Shown here: positions 8,507-18,957 of the stretch, piece by piece
Layout: each line of letters begins with the position of its first letter
Position numbering within the stretch: the first letter of the stretch is position 1
Origin: an uncultured Desulfobacter sp.
GTDB taxonomy: Bacteria > Desulfobacterota > Desulfobacteria > Desulfobacterales > Desulfobacteraceae
Reading direction: 5' to 3'
Assembly (NCBI GenBank): GCA_963665095.1
Contig: OY762069.1
Coordinates: 224,001 to 288,000 of the forward strand
Length of the DNA: 64,000 bases
The notes under the pieces: generated by a model
The model's database searches: none
What the model saw: the letters and a program-made list of their open reading frames with translations, nothing else
Told to the model about the DNA's origin: nothing
Position numbers and translations under genes: made by a program

Positions 8507-11500
8507 TGGAAAAAGCGTTTTCAATGGCCTATTTCACGGCAGTTGGTATGGAAATTCCGTCCCTGAGCCAGGGAATCGAACAGTTTACAGAAGGTGGCGG
8601 GCAGATTCAGGTTCATGCCAAAACCTCAACCCAGCTGTTTGACGAAAAGCAGATCAAGGGATTTTGCAACAGGTGCCTGGAATCGGATATTATCATTATC
8701 GGCCTCCACGGCGGCCGGGAATCCTTTCCCGGATACAAGATTCTGGGAGAACAGTTGGCGGCGCATAAAAAGGAAGGCGGCACCCTTCCCTGGATCCATA
8801 TTCAGCCCTCAGGCTCAGACGAGGACTCCATTGAATGGGCACAGGAGTGGTCCACGCACTTTGGCACACCGGTCTGGGATAAGGTTTCCCAATACCTTGA
8901 CAACGGGGGTACCATTAATTTCTTCCGCCTCATCTGCTTTCTTGAGTCTGAAATTTTCGACCTTAAAAAAACGATCCCTCCGGCTGTGCCGGTTCCTTTT
9001 GATGGCATTTACCACCCAGATATCCAGGGGATTCCGGAAATTGAAGACTATCTCAAAACGTATATCAAACCCGGCCGCATCACCGTTGGGCTGTGGTTCA
9101 GCCAAATTTACTGGTTGAACAACGATGTGGATTACATCGATGCCATGATTCGGTCGGCCGAACGTCTGGGCGCAAACGTGATCCCTGTTTTCCACATGCG
9201 GTACAAGGACGCATCCAGGGGAAACCCCGGGGCCGAGTATGTGGCCCGCACCTTTTTCATGAAGGACGGCAAACCCATCATCGATGTGCTGCTCAGCCCA
9301 ATGATGTTTTCTTTGACCCTCATGGACCCCTCCTGCAAGGAACTCTTTGCCCGGCTCAACGTCCCGGTCATTCAGGCCATGGTGACCATGCAGCCCTATC
9401 AGAGCTGGAAGGAAGAGGTCCAGGGGATGAGTACCATGGAAGTGGGCCTTTGTGCTGCCCAGCCCGAGTTTGACGGCAATCTGATCTGCGGGCCCGTGGC
9501 CAGCCGGGAACAGGATAAAACCGACCCGCTGACAGGCGCACTTCTTGCCCGGTACGCCGCCATCCCGGAACGGACCGAACGGGTGGTGAACCTGGCTGTT
9601 AACTGGGCGAAGCTTGCCAAAAAGGAAAATGCCGAAAAAAAAGTGGCCATTATTTTTCACCACTATCCCCCGCGAAACGACCGCATCGGTTGCGCTGCCG
9701 GCCTGGACAGCTTTGTCAGTGTCAAACTCCTGCTGGAACGGATGAAGGAGGCAGGATACGTGGTGAACACCCTTTATGAGGACGGGGATGCCCTGGCCCG
9801 GGAGATGCTGTCCAAGATGACCTGTGACCAGCGCTGGCTTCTGCCCGAACAGATGCACGAGCGGGCCGCCGCCCTGGCCGGCCCGGACGAATACCACCCC
9901 TGGCACGAGGGCCTGCCCCAACCCATCCGGGATAAACAGAACGGGGACTGGGGAAAGATGCCCGGCGACCTGTTCGTCCATGATAACGAGATGATTTTTC
10001 CCGGCACCATGAACGGCAACGTCTTTATTACCATCCAGCCCCCCAGGGGATACTTTGAAAATATCGATAAGATCTACCATGACATGTATCTGTCCCCGCC
10101 CCATCATTACCTGGCCTATTACCGCTATATCAAACATTCGTTCAAGGCCGATGCCGTGATTCACGTGGGGACCCACGGCTCTTTGGAATGGCTGCCGGGC
10201 AAGGCCCTGGGTCTGTCCGAAGAATGCTATCCGGATCTGTCCATCATGGACCTTCCCAATATCTACCCCTATGTCATCAACGACCCAAGCGAAGGGACCC
10301 AGGCCAAACGAAGAAGTTATTGCTGCATCATCGACTATATGACCCCGGTCTTTACCAATGCGGACCTCTACGAAAGCCTGGCGGATGTGGAAAACCACGT
10401 GAAATCCTACTTTGACGCCAAAAGCGCCGATCCTGCCAAGATAGAGATCCTGCAGCCCATGATCTGGGAGGCCGTGGTGGAGGCCAACCTGAACGATGAC
10501 CTGGACATGACCCGGGAAGAGGCGTTTCAGGACTTTGACGGATTTCTGGAAAAACTCCACGACTACCTGGGGGAGCTGGGCGACACCATGATCAACGACG
10601 GACTCCATACCCTGGGCCAGGTCCCCCAGGGTGAACAACTGGTGGAGCTTCTGGTCCAGCTCACCCGGATCGCCAACGGCAGTGTACCCTCCCTGCGGGA
10701 GGCCGTGGTCCTGTCCCTGGGCCATGACTATGACCATCTGCTGGAAAACAGAGGGAAAATGGTGGATAAGGCAAGGGGAATGACCGGTTCCATGCTGATC
10801 CAGCAGGCCCACAGTCTGGCATTAAATCTGGTCAGTGCCATGTCGGAAACCGGTTATGACGGTGACCCGGATAAAATCGCCGCCGCTGCCAGGCAAATCA
10901 TCACCGCGCCTCATCCCGACACCCTTGAAGTACTCTCCTATCTTGCAGACTCTGTGGTCCCCAATCTGAGGAAAACCACAGAGGAGCTGGATGCGGTCAT
11001 GACCGCACTGGACGGGGGCTTTGTCAGGCCCGGCCCGTCAGGATCACCCACCCGGGGCCAGGCAGACATCCTTCCCACGGGCCGCAATTTTTATTCTGTA
11101 GACCCCCAGAAGATCCCCACTCCCGCGGCCTGGGAGGTAGGCATGCGTCTGGGGGACGCCCTGTTGCAAAGGTACATTGATGAAACCGGTGGTTACCCCA
11201 GGAGCGTGGGGATGCTGGTTTACGGCAATCCCACCATGAAAACCGGCGGAGACGATATCGCTGAAATTTTTTATCTGATGGGCGTCAAACCCGTCTGGCA
11301 CCCGAGCAACGGGATTGTCAAGGGGGTTGAAATCATCCCCCTGGAAGAACTTGGACGGCCCCGGATTGACGTTCTGCCAAGAATTTCAGGCTTTTTCAGG
11401 GATTCATTCCCCCTGCTTGTGGAACGGATTGACGATGCTTTCCGCATGGTGGCCTCCCTGAACGAACCCATGGAAACCAATATGATCCGGCGTCATGTCT

Positions 11501-12288
11501 ACAAAGATATGGAGACCTATAAACTGGAAGGTATGAACGAGGAAGAAGCGTTCAGGGAAGCCTCCTTCAGGGTGTTCGGCTGCCCGCCGGGCACCTATGG
11601 CGCGGGTGTGGCCGAACTTGTGGAATCCAAGAACTGGGAAACCCAGGAGGACCTGGGCAACAACTACATCCGCTACTCCAGCCATGCCTACGGCCAGGGC
11701 AGTTACGGACGGCAGAAGCCCAATACCTTCCGGACCCTGTTGTCCCGCATGGACGTCACTGTGAAAAACGAGGATTCCCGGGAATACGATATGATGTCCT
11801 GTACCGACTACTACAACTATTACGGCGGCCTCATCGTGGCCGGCAAAACCGTTACCGGCAAATACCCCCTCTCCCTTATGGGTGACTCGTCCGATCCCAA
11901 AAGAGTAAAGATGCGTACCACTGCCGAGGAGGCCAAGCATATTCTGCGGTCCCGTCTCACCAACCCTAAATGGATAAAGGGAATGATGCGTCACGGATAC
12001 AAGGGCGCCGGCGACATCTCCCACATGATGGACGTGGCCCTGGGCTGGGATGCCACGGCCGAGGTCATGGAAGACTGGATGTATGCGCAGATGGCCCGGG
12101 CCTATATCATGGACCCGGAGGTCAAGGAATGGATGGAAGAGGTCAACCCCTATGCCCGCCAGAATATCCTGGACAAACTCCTGGAAGCCATATCCAGGGG
12201 CATGTGGCATGCGGACAAGGAAATGGAAGATGAACTCAGACAGGAGTATCTTGAAATTGAAGGTGAAATTGAAGCACTTACAGAATAA
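8506..12288 (+). CDS. cobN: Cobaltochelatase large subunit, CobN/BchH family (copy 1)
   Basis: 1260 aa; QPEFDG, HVGTHGSLEWLPGK, QAKRR, LPTGRNFY, RPRIDV, NPKWI...HGYKGA. Confidence 0.92.
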   Translation: MEKAFSMAYFTAVGMEIPSLSQGIEQFTEGGGQIQVHAKTSTQLFDEKQIKGFCNRCLESDIIIIGLHGGRESFPGYKILGEQLAAHKKEGGTLPWIHIQPSGSDEDSIEWAQEWSTHFGTPVWDKVSQYLDNGGTINFFRLICFLESEIFDLKKTIPPAVPVPFDGIYHPDIQGIPEIEDYLKTYIKPGRITVGLWFSQIYWLNNDVDYIDAMIRSAERLGANVIPVFHMRYKDASRGNPGAEYVARTFFMKDGKPIIDVLLSPMMFSLTLMDPSCKELFARLNVPVIQAMVTMQPYQSWKEEVQGMSTMEVGLCAAQPEFDGNLICGPVASREQDKTDPLTGALLARYAAIPERTERVVNLAVNWAKLAKKENAEKKVAIIFHHYPPRNDRIGCAAGLDSFVSVKLLLERMKEAGYVVNTLYEDGDALAREMLSKMTCDQRWLLPEQMHERAAALAGPDEYHPWHEGLPQPIRDKQNGDWGKMPGDLFVHDNEMIFPGTMNGNVFITIQPPRGYFENIDKIYHDMYLSPPHHYLAYYRYIKHSFKADAVIHVGTHGSLEWLPGKALGLSEECYPDLSIMDLPNIYPYVINDPSEGTQAKRRSYCCIIDYMTPVFTNADLYESLADVENHVKSYFDAKSADPAKIEILQPMIWEAVVEANLNDDLDMTREEAFQDFDGFLEKLHDYLGELGDTMINDGLHTLGQVPQGEQLVELLVQLTRIANGSVPSLREAVVLSLGHDYDHLLENRGKMVDKARGMTGSMLIQQAHSLALNLVSAMSETGYDGDPDKIAAAARQIITAPHPDTLEVLSYLADSVVPNLRKTTEELDAVMTALDGGFVRPGPSGSPTRGQADILPTGRNFYSVDPQKIPTPAAWEVGMRLGDALLQRYIDETGGYPRSVGMLVYGNPTMKTGGDDIAEIFYLMGVKPVWHPSNGIVKGVEIIPLEELGRPRIDVLPRISGFFRDSFPLLVERIDDAFRMVASLNEPMETNMIRRHVYKDMETYKLEGMNEEEAFREASFRVFGCPPGTYGAGVAELVESKNWETQEDLGNNYIRYSSHAYGQGSYGRQKPNTFRTLLSRMDVTVKNEDSREYDMMSCTDYYNYYGGLIVAGKTVTGKYPLSLMGDSSDPKRVKMRTTAEEAKHILRSRLTNPKWIKGMMRHGYKGAGDISHMMDVALGWDATAEVMEDWMYAQMARAYIMDPEVKEWMEEVNPYARQNILDKLLEAISRGMWHADKEMEDELRQEYLEIEGEIEALTE

Positions 12289-14362
12289 CCTGAAAGACCA
12301 AAGTCAGGCAAACCGCCTCTTTCCCTTTTCAGCCGTTATCGGCCAGGAGAACCTTAAGCTGGCGTTGATACTCAACGCTGTAAACCCCGGAATCGGCGGT
12401 GTGCTGATCCGGGGGGAAAAGGGCACGGCAAAATCAACCATTGTCCGGGCGCTTTCGGACCTGCTGCCGGAAATCACCGTCCGCTCAGGATGTGGATTCA
12501 ACTGCAGCCCGGATGATCCGCAGCAATGCCCGGGATGCGGGAGGACAAACGGGAGCGGCAGCCTTGTCACACGGCGTAAAAAAGTGGTCACCCTGCCCCT
12601 GAACGCCACCGAAGACCGGGTGGCAGGCGGCCTGGATTTTGAGCAGGTGTTAAAACAGGGTAAAAGGGTGCTGCAGCCAGGTCTTCTGGCAAAAGCCCAC
12701 CAGGGTATTCTCTATGTGGATGAGATCAACCTTCTGGATGACCATATCGTGGATATCATCCTGGATGCATCTGCCTCAGGGGAAAACCGGGTGGAGCGTG
12801 AAGGGATCTCCCTGTCCCATCCTTCCCGGTTTCTCCTGGTGGGCACCATGAATCCCGAGGAAGGGGATCTGCGGCCCCAGCTGCTGGACCGGTTCGGATT
12901 CTGCGTGGAAGTGGCAGGGGAAACCGACCCTGAACAGCGGGTGGCCCTGATGGTCCAGCGGGACGCCTTTGACCTGGATCCGGCAGGGTTCCGAAAAGAA
13001 CATGAATCCGGCACCCGGGAACTGTCCCAAAGCATTCAGCGGGCAGAGGCGCTTCTACCCACCGTCCGGATGCCCAAACACCTGCGTACCTTTATCGCGG
13101 AACTCTGCGCCGGCCATCATGTGGCCGGCCACCGGGCAGACCTGGTCCTTGAGCAGGGGGCGCTTGCCCATGCCGCATTAAAGGGCCGTACCGAAGTCAT
13201 CCTGGACGACATCCAGGCGGTATCTCTTTTTGCTCTGCTCCACAGGAAACAGGAGGAGAGCGATCCCCCGCCTCCGCCGCAGGAGCCGCCTGAAGATCAG
13301 GATCAGGACCCGCCCGAAAACCAAGAGGAAGAGGACCAGGAAGAAGAGAATCAGGAAGAAGAAGACCAGCAGGAAGAGGCGCCCCCTGAAAACGAGGAGG
13401 AGGCAGCAGAACCGCCGCCCCGGGAAGAGGACAAAAGCCCTGAAGACGAGGCCGAGCCTGAAGATCCAGACCAGGATGAAGACAGGGACATTCCTCCACC
13501 CCCCGAGGACAGTGACGCCCAGACCCTCTTTGAGATCGGGGACCCCTTTAAAGTCAAAAAAATTGAAACTTGCAAGGACCGCACCTTAAGAAGGGGCTCA
13601 GGCCGGCGTTCACGGACCCGGGTGAGCCAGAAGCAGGGCCGGTACGTGAAAAGCACCATGAACCTGGGCCGGAATGATATCGCCTTTGACGCCACCTTAC
13701 GGGCGGCCGCCCCTTTCCAGAAGAACAGGGATATTCCCGAGGGGCTCTGCCTGGCCCTGACCCCGGCGGATGTCCGGGAAAAGATCCGCGAGAAAAAAAT
13801 GGGGAACTTCCTGCTCTTTTTAGTGGATGCCAGCGGCTCCATGGGGGCCAAAGGAAGGATGACAGCATCCAAGGGGGCCATTTTGTCCCTGTTGCTGGAT
13901 GCCTACCAGAAACGGGACAAAGTGGCCATGATCTCCTTTAGAAAAACCGAGGCCGTGGTAAACCTGCCTGTCACCTCCAGTATCGAGCTTGCGGCCCAGC
14001 ACCTTGCACAGATGCCTGTGGGCGGCAGGACCCCCTTGTCCGCCGGTCTGGACAAGGCCTACGGGATGATCAAAAGCGTCCAGTATCGCGATCCGGCCTC
14101 CCGGCCCATTGTGATTATCATTACCGACGGCAAGAGCAACCTGGCTTTGGGAGAAGGCAGACCCGTGGACGAGGCCCTCATGATGGCAAGCCGAATGGGA
14201 GAGGATGAGCGGGTGACCTATATCGTTGTGGACACCGAGCCCCAGGGTCCTGTCATGTTCGGCCTGGCCAGGAATCTGGCCGCCGCCGCCAGTGCCCGGT
14301 ACTATAAAATTGATGACCTGAAAAGCGACACCCTGGTCAGTCTGGTAAAGGAAAACCAGTAA
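12251..14362 (+). CDS. chlD: Class I chelatase medium subunit, ChlD/BchD type (AAA+, acidic/Pro linker, VWA)
   Basis: FPFSAVIGQ, GEKGTAKST, YVDEINLLDD, E/D/P-rich linker, VDASGSMG (MIDAS), GGRTPL, TDG. Start uncertain (TTG 12251 to 12269); the track's 12050 start overlaps cobN. Confidence 0.88.
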   Translation: MKLKVKLKHLQNNLKDQSQANRLFPFSAVIGQENLKLALILNAVNPGIGGVLIRGEKGTAKSTIVRALSDLLPEITVRSGCGFNCSPDDPQQCPGCGRTNGSGSLVTRRKKVVTLPLNATEDRVAGGLDFEQVLKQGKRVLQPGLLAKAHQGILYVDEINLLDDHIVDIILDASASGENRVEREGISLSHPSRFLLVGTMNPEEGDLRPQLLDRFGFCVEVAGETDPEQRVALMVQRDAFDLDPAGFRKEHESGTRELSQSIQRAEALLPTVRMPKHLRTFIAELCAGHHVAGHRADLVLEQGALAHAALKGRTEVILDDIQAVSLFALLHRKQEESDPPPPPQEPPEDQDQDPPENQEEEDQEEENQEEEDQQEEAPPENEEEAAEPPPREEDKSPEDEAEPEDPDQDEDRDIPPPPEDSDAQTLFEIGDPFKVKKIETCKDRTLRRGSGRRSRTRVSQKQGRYVKSTMNLGRNDIAFDATLRAAAPFQKNRDIPEGLCLALTPADVREKIREKKMGNFLLFLVDASGSMGAKGRMTASKGAILSLLLDAYQKRDKVAMISFRKTEAVVNLPVTSSIELAAQHLAQMPVGGRTPLSAGLDKAYGMIKSVQYRDPASRPIVIIITDGKSNLALGEGRPVDEALMMASRMGEDERVTYIVVDTEPQGPVMFGLARNLAAAASARYYKIDDLKSDTLVSLVKENQ

Positions 14363-14403
14363 GGCTCAGGGCAACTAATATAAACAGAAGGAGTATTAAA
14401 ACA

Positions 14404-15474
14404 ATGACCCAACACTTTCCCTTCACCGCCATCGTGGGCCAGGATGATATGAAACTGGCCCTGATTCTCAATATTATTAATCCCACCCTGTCAGGGGTTC
14501 TGATCCGTGGGGAAAAGGGGACGGCCAAATCCACGGCTGTCCGGGCTCTGGCCGAAATCCTGCCCATGATCGACCATGTCAAGGACTGTCCCTTCAGGCT
14601 GGCCCTTTCCGAAGCCGGTGCCGTCTGTAAAGACTGCATGGCCACAACGTGTCCCAACCAGGGAGAAAAAGATCCTGGGACAGTAAACGGTGGTCGCATG
14701 GAAACCGAACAGAGCGGCATCCGGGTCATTGAACTGCCCGTGGGTGCCACCGAGGACCGGGTGGTGGGGACCATGGACCTGGAGCATGCATTGAAAAAGG
14801 GAGAAAAGCGGATTGAGCCAGGCCTTCTGGCCGCAGCTCACCGTGGGATTCTCTACGTGGACGAGGTCAACCTGCTGGACGATCATGTGGTGGATGTGCT
14901 CCTGGACTCCGCCGCCATGGGGGTCAACACCATTGAGCGGGAGGGCGTCTCCTTTTCCCACCCGGCAAGGTTTACCCTGGTGGGCACCATGAACCCGGAG
15001 GAAGGTGAGCTGCGGCCGCAACTGCTGGACCGCTTCGGCCTTTGCGTAAATATCGGAGGCATCCGGGATGTGAAAGCGCGGGTAAAGGTGATGGAGTACC
15101 GGGCAAAATTTGATGAGGATCCCGAAATTTTCAACCGGGAGTGGGAAGCTGCAAGCCGGGATCTTTCCGGCAGGATTGAGAAGGCCACCAGCCTTTACCC
15201 CAAGGTTTCCATTGCAAGGGAACTGCTCTTTGAGATCGCCTCTTTTTGCCTGGACGTGGGCGTGGACGGCCACAGGGGAGACATCATCATGCTGAAAACT
15301 GCCAAAACCCTTGCTGCCTGGGAGGGAAGAACTCAAGTCGAAGCCAATGACATCGAAATTGCGGCCAGGCTGGTTCTTCCCCATAGAATCCGCAGAAAAC
15401 CCCTCCAGGAAATTGCCCAGGATATCGGTGCGGTCCGGGAAACCAACCGGGCCAAACGGGATGAAAAGGTGTAA
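14404..15474 (+). CDS. chlI: Class I chelatase ATPase subunit ChlI/BchI
   Basis: FPFTAIVGQ, GEKGTAKST, ATEDRVVG, YVDEVNLLDDH, NPEEGELRPQLLDRFG. Confidence 0.92.
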   Translation: MTQHFPFTAIVGQDDMKLALILNIINPTLSGVLIRGEKGTAKSTAVRALAEILPMIDHVKDCPFRLALSEAGAVCKDCMATTCPNQGEKDPGTVNGGRMETEQSGIRVIELPVGATEDRVVGTMDLEHALKKGEKRIEPGLLAAAHRGILYVDEVNLLDDHVVDVLLDSAAMGVNTIEREGVSFSHPARFTLVGTMNPEEGELRPQLLDRFGLCVNIGGIRDVKARVKVMEYRAKFDEDPEIFNREWEAASRDLSGRIEKATSLYPKVSIARELLFEIASFCLDVGVDGHRGDIIMLKTAKTLAAWEGRTQVEANDIEIAARLVLPHRIRRKPLQEIAQDIGAVRETNRAKRDEKV

Positions 15475-15477
15475 TTT

Positions 15478-16500
15478 ATGGCATCCATCTCCATTGAAAA
15501 TTTAACCAAGACCTACCGCAAGGTCCGGGCCCTGGATCAGGTCAGCCTGACCGTGAGACAGGGGGAACTCTTTGCCTATCTGGGTCCCAACGGTGCCGGA
15601 AAGACCACCACCATAAGGATTCTTACAGGCATGACCCGGTTTGATACGGGGGAATGCCGTATCAACGGGTTTGATATCCAAAAGGATGAGGCCCGGGCCA
15701 AGGAGCAGTACGGTCTGGTCTCCCAGGTCGTCAACCTGGACCAGGAACTGACGGTAAAGGAAAACCTGCTGATCCACGGCCTGATGTACGGCATGACGCT
15801 GTCCGCCATCAACTGCAAGACCCGTGAGCTTCTGGAATACGTGGAGATGTCCGACCGGCTGAAAGACCCGGTCAGGACACTGTCCGGGGGGCTGAAACGG
15901 CGCCTGATGATCGCAAGGGCTCTGCTCCACGAGCCCTCCATCCTCTTCATGGATGAGCCCACCGTGGGCCTGGATGCTGCTATCCGGCGCCGGATCTGGG
16001 CTTTGATCCGCAAGATTCAGGCCGCCGGAACCACCATTTTTCTTACGACCCATTATATTGAGGAGGCCGAGTTTCTGGCAGGCCGGGTGGCTTTCCTGGA
16101 CAAGGGGCGCATCGTTACCCTGGACACCCCGGCCAGCCTCATGGAAGCCATCGGGGCCTGGGCCATCGACTGCCTCACCCCTTCCGGGATGGAAACTGTG
16201 TACTTCAGGGACCGGAAAGCGGCAGAAGCCTTCAATCATGACAATTCCCAGCAGTATACCCTGCGCCGGGTCAACCTGGAGGATGCCTTTCTGGCCATAA
16301 CGGGAAAAAAGACCCAGGCAGGCCCTGGAGGTACGGAAGGCCACGGTCACGCCAGTGCTCACGGAGGCCATGGCGGGCACAGCCACGCCTCCGGCAGTCA
16401 CGGACACTCCCAAAGCACCAGCCACGGGCATACCAGCCACGGACACTCCCACGGAAGCCATGGCAGCGGCCATACCCAACAGGGCACACGCGGCCATTGA
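15478..16500 (+). CDS. ABC-2 exporter ATPase with a His/Gly/Ser-rich C-terminal tail
   Basis: GPNGAGKTT, LSGGLKRR, MDEPTVGLD, TTHYIEEAE; tail with 16 His. Confidence 0.9.
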   Translation: MASISIENLTKTYRKVRALDQVSLTVRQGELFAYLGPNGAGKTTTIRILTGMTRFDTGECRINGFDIQKDEARAKEQYGLVSQVVNLDQELTVKENLLIHGLMYGMTLSAINCKTRELLEYVEMSDRLKDPVRTLSGGLKRRLMIARALLHEPSILFMDEPTVGLDAAIRRRIWALIRKIQAAGTTIFLTTHYIEEAEFLAGRVAFLDKGRIVTLDTPASLMEAIGAWAIDCLTPSGMETVYFRDRKAAEAFNHDNSQQYTLRRVNLEDAFLAITGKKTQAGPGGTEGHGHASAHGGHGGHSHASGSHGHSQSTSHGHTSHGHSHGSHGSGHTQQGTRGH

Positions 16501-16514
16501 AAGGAAATATCATT

Positions 16515-17252
16515 ATGTTACGCAGTATTATTGCCGTTTATTTGCGGGAAATGCTGATTTTAAAACAAAGATTGAACCGGCAGATTCCCTCCTGGTCGGT
16601 ATCCCCCCTGCTCTACCTCATCGCCTTTGGGTATGCCGCCGGCTATTCGGTGCAGGTGGAGGGCCACACCTACATGGCCTTTCTCATTCCGGGCCTTATG
16701 GCCATGAACAGCATGACCCAGGCCTTTGCCATTGCAGGCGACGTCAATATTGCCCGGTTCTACTGGCATACCTTTGAAGAGTTTCAGGCCGCCCCTGTAT
16801 CCAAGACCGCCTATGTGACGGGCGAGGTCCTGGCCGGAATGACCCGGGCCCTGTTATCGGTGCTGGTGATCATGCTCATGGCCCTGGTATTCCGGGTGGA
16901 CATCCACTATAACGTTGCATTTCTCATCGGAATCCTGCTCAACAGTTTTGTTTTCGCCTCCCTGGCCGTGGGCCTGGCCATGGTGGTCAAGTCCCATGCA
17001 GACCAGTCCCTGCTCACCTCCTTTGTGATCACGCCCATGGCCTTTTTGGGGGGTACCTTCTTTCCGGTGGACCGGCTGCCGGCCTGGGCCGGGACTTTGC
17101 TTTCCCTTCTGCCCCTGACCCATGCCTCAAAGGCCATCCGGGATGCCTGTCTGAACAGCAGGGCGGACATGGGATCCTGGCTGATTCTGCTGATAACCGG
17201 CATTGCCTTTTTCATCATGAGCGTGGCCCTGGTGGAGAAAGCCAAAGACTGA
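16515..17252 (+). CDS. ABC-2 type (NodJ/DrrB-like) permease
   Basis: YMAFLIPGL, PMAFLGGTFFPVDRLP, LPLTHA; RBS aagga before ATG 16515. Confidence 0.88.
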   Translation: MLRSIIAVYLREMLILKQRLNRQIPSWSVSPLLYLIAFGYAAGYSVQVEGHTYMAFLIPGLMAMNSMTQAFAIAGDVNIARFYWHTFEEFQAAPVSKTAYVTGEVLAGMTRALLSVLVIMLMALVFRVDIHYNVAFLIGILLNSFVFASLAVGLAMVVKSHADQSLLTSFVITPMAFLGGTFFPVDRLPAWAGTLLSLLPLTHASKAIRDACLNSRADMGSWLILLITGIAFFIMSVALVEKAKD

Positions 17253-17264
17253 GGAAAAACGATC

Positions 17265-18914
17265 ATGACAGAGACATTAAAGACCGCACTCATCCACCTC
17301 AACGTCAGGTATAAAGACGTGCCAGGAAACGCGGAACGTCTTCTGGCCCTCAACCATGAGGCCGCCCGGAATGGGCACCGGATCATCGTCAATACAGAAA
17401 TGGGCCTGTCCGGATACAGCTTTTCTTCAGTTGAAGAGATTCGGCCCCATACCCTGACCCTCTTTTCAGAACCGGTCAGGGCTTTGTCCGATATTGCCCG
17501 GGAGTTTAAGGTCTATATCATCCTGGGCCTGGCCCTGGAAGACCCTTCTACCTCCATCCTCACCAACTCAGCCATCGTATTGGGTCCGGACGGGAAGCCC
17601 CTGCTGACCTATGACAAGATCAATGCTGAAGCCCGGTGGGCCTGTCCCGGAGACCCCTGCCAGGACAATGTTTTTTCCACCCCCTGGGGACAGGTTGGGG
17701 TCGTGATCTGCGCAGACTCCTACCACGGTCTCTTGATGCGGCAAACTGCCCTGAGAGGGGCGGAACTTATCCTGGTTTCCGCCAACTGGCCCCTGGTCGG
17801 GCTGGATCCGAGGGAGATCTGGTGCATGAGGGCCCGGGAAAACGGCGTATATATTGCCGCCTGCAACCGGGCCGGTACGGATCTGACCATGGAGTGCCAT
17901 ACCGCCCCTTCAGGGCTCTTTTCCCCGGACGGCATCCCGGTCGTCTGCAAGACCCATCAGGACTCCACGGTTATGAGCGTTGAAATTCCTTTGCATGACG
18001 GAAAAATTGCATCCAGAAGAAAAGAGATCATGGCCCGGCGCACGCCCAGTCGCTACACGCCCATTTATCTGGAAACCCGCTATGCCACAAACGACGCCCA
18101 GGTCCTGACTGACTGGCACGGCCTGAACCCGCCGGGCCTTGTTTGCGTGACCGCCTTTACCGCGTTGCCCGGCAACCCGGGTACCAGGCTCACCTGTGAG
18201 GCTGTACGCCGTGTCATATCCTTATACACAGACCGACTGATCCGTGATCCCGGGAATTTGGGCAGTTCCGAATCGACCCTGATGGTCTTCCCGGTAATCG
18301 ATGGGGAGGCATCACAGATCGACCGGCTGCTTCAATGGCTGGAACATGAGATTCCCGATACCGGACTGGCTCTGTGTCTGGGACGGATCAGTGATTCCGG
18401 TCTTCAGGAGATCATTTTTACAGGCCCGGGACAGGACCCGGCGCATCCTTTAGGAAATATAGTGCTGCGCCACAGCCGGGACACCAAGGGTACCGGGCCG
18501 GGCCCTGAGGGCGTGACCATTGTGGACAGCGGTAACTTTAGACTTGGGCTGTGCCTGCCGGAAGCCCTGCTCCATCCGGAAACCGGCATTGCCCACGCCA
18601 AACTGGGATGCGATCTTCTGGTCTCCAGCGTGGACAGCCTGGATCCCCTTGACCGGCTGGTCATGGCCGGCCGGTGCACAGACACCCTTGCCGTGGCCGT
18701 GGCCGGGACGGACACCTCGTTTATATGCGCTCCGCCCAAGAGCCATGAACGGTTTGCCGAAGCCCTGGTCCACAGAGCATCCCAAGGCTCTGACATGGCC
18801 GCCTGCCAGGCAAAGATGACACTGGATACCGGAGAAATCCGTAAAAAAAACCACCAGAACCGAATCGATTATCACACCCTTTTGGCCGGTTTCCGGCCCG
18901 AAGAATCCTCATGA
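17265..18914 (+). CDS. Carbon-nitrogen hydrolase (nitrilase superfamily) with a second, degenerate domain
   Basis: E-K-C triad contexts NTEMGLSGY, YDKIN, GVVICADS; ARENG..ACNRAG. The C-terminal half has a related LGLCLPEALLHPE..AKLGCDL segment. Confidence 0.8.
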   Translation: MTETLKTALIHLNVRYKDVPGNAERLLALNHEAARNGHRIIVNTEMGLSGYSFSSVEEIRPHTLTLFSEPVRALSDIAREFKVYIILGLALEDPSTSILTNSAIVLGPDGKPLLTYDKINAEARWACPGDPCQDNVFSTPWGQVGVVICADSYHGLLMRQTALRGAELILVSANWPLVGLDPREIWCMRARENGVYIAACNRAGTDLTMECHTAPSGLFSPDGIPVVCKTHQDSTVMSVEIPLHDGKIASRRKEIMARRTPSRYTPIYLETRYATNDAQVLTDWHGLNPPGLVCVTAFTALPGNPGTRLTCEAVRRVISLYTDRLIRDPGNLGSSESTLMVFPVIDGEASQIDRLLQWLEHEIPDTGLALCLGRISDSGLQEIIFTGPGQDPAHPLGNIVLRHSRDTKGTGPGPEGVTIVDSGNFRLGLCLPEALLHPETGIAHAKLGCDLLVSSVDSLDPLDRLVMAGRCTDTLAVAVAGTDTSFICAPPKSHERFAEALVHRASQGSDMAACQAKMTLDTGEIRKKNHQNRIDYHTLLAGFRPEESS

Positions 18915-18957
18915 TACTGCCCCCTGGCCACATACAGGGGGCAAAGGAGTCCTTAAG

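Noticed and set aside
8815..10812. Long antisense ORFs (also 21754-22995, 25585-26604, 34135-35637 and others)
   Set aside because: These are shadow frames opposite well-supported genes in GC-rich DNA, with no recognisable motifs.
13251..13520. Acidic/Pro low-complexity repeat in chlD
   Set aside because: This is the expected linker of ChlD/BchD.
13545..13570. A-run in chlD where a -1 shift would hit TGA (programmed frameshift yielding ChlI)
   Set aside because: It is not a canonical in-frame slippery heptamer, and a separate chlI gene follows.
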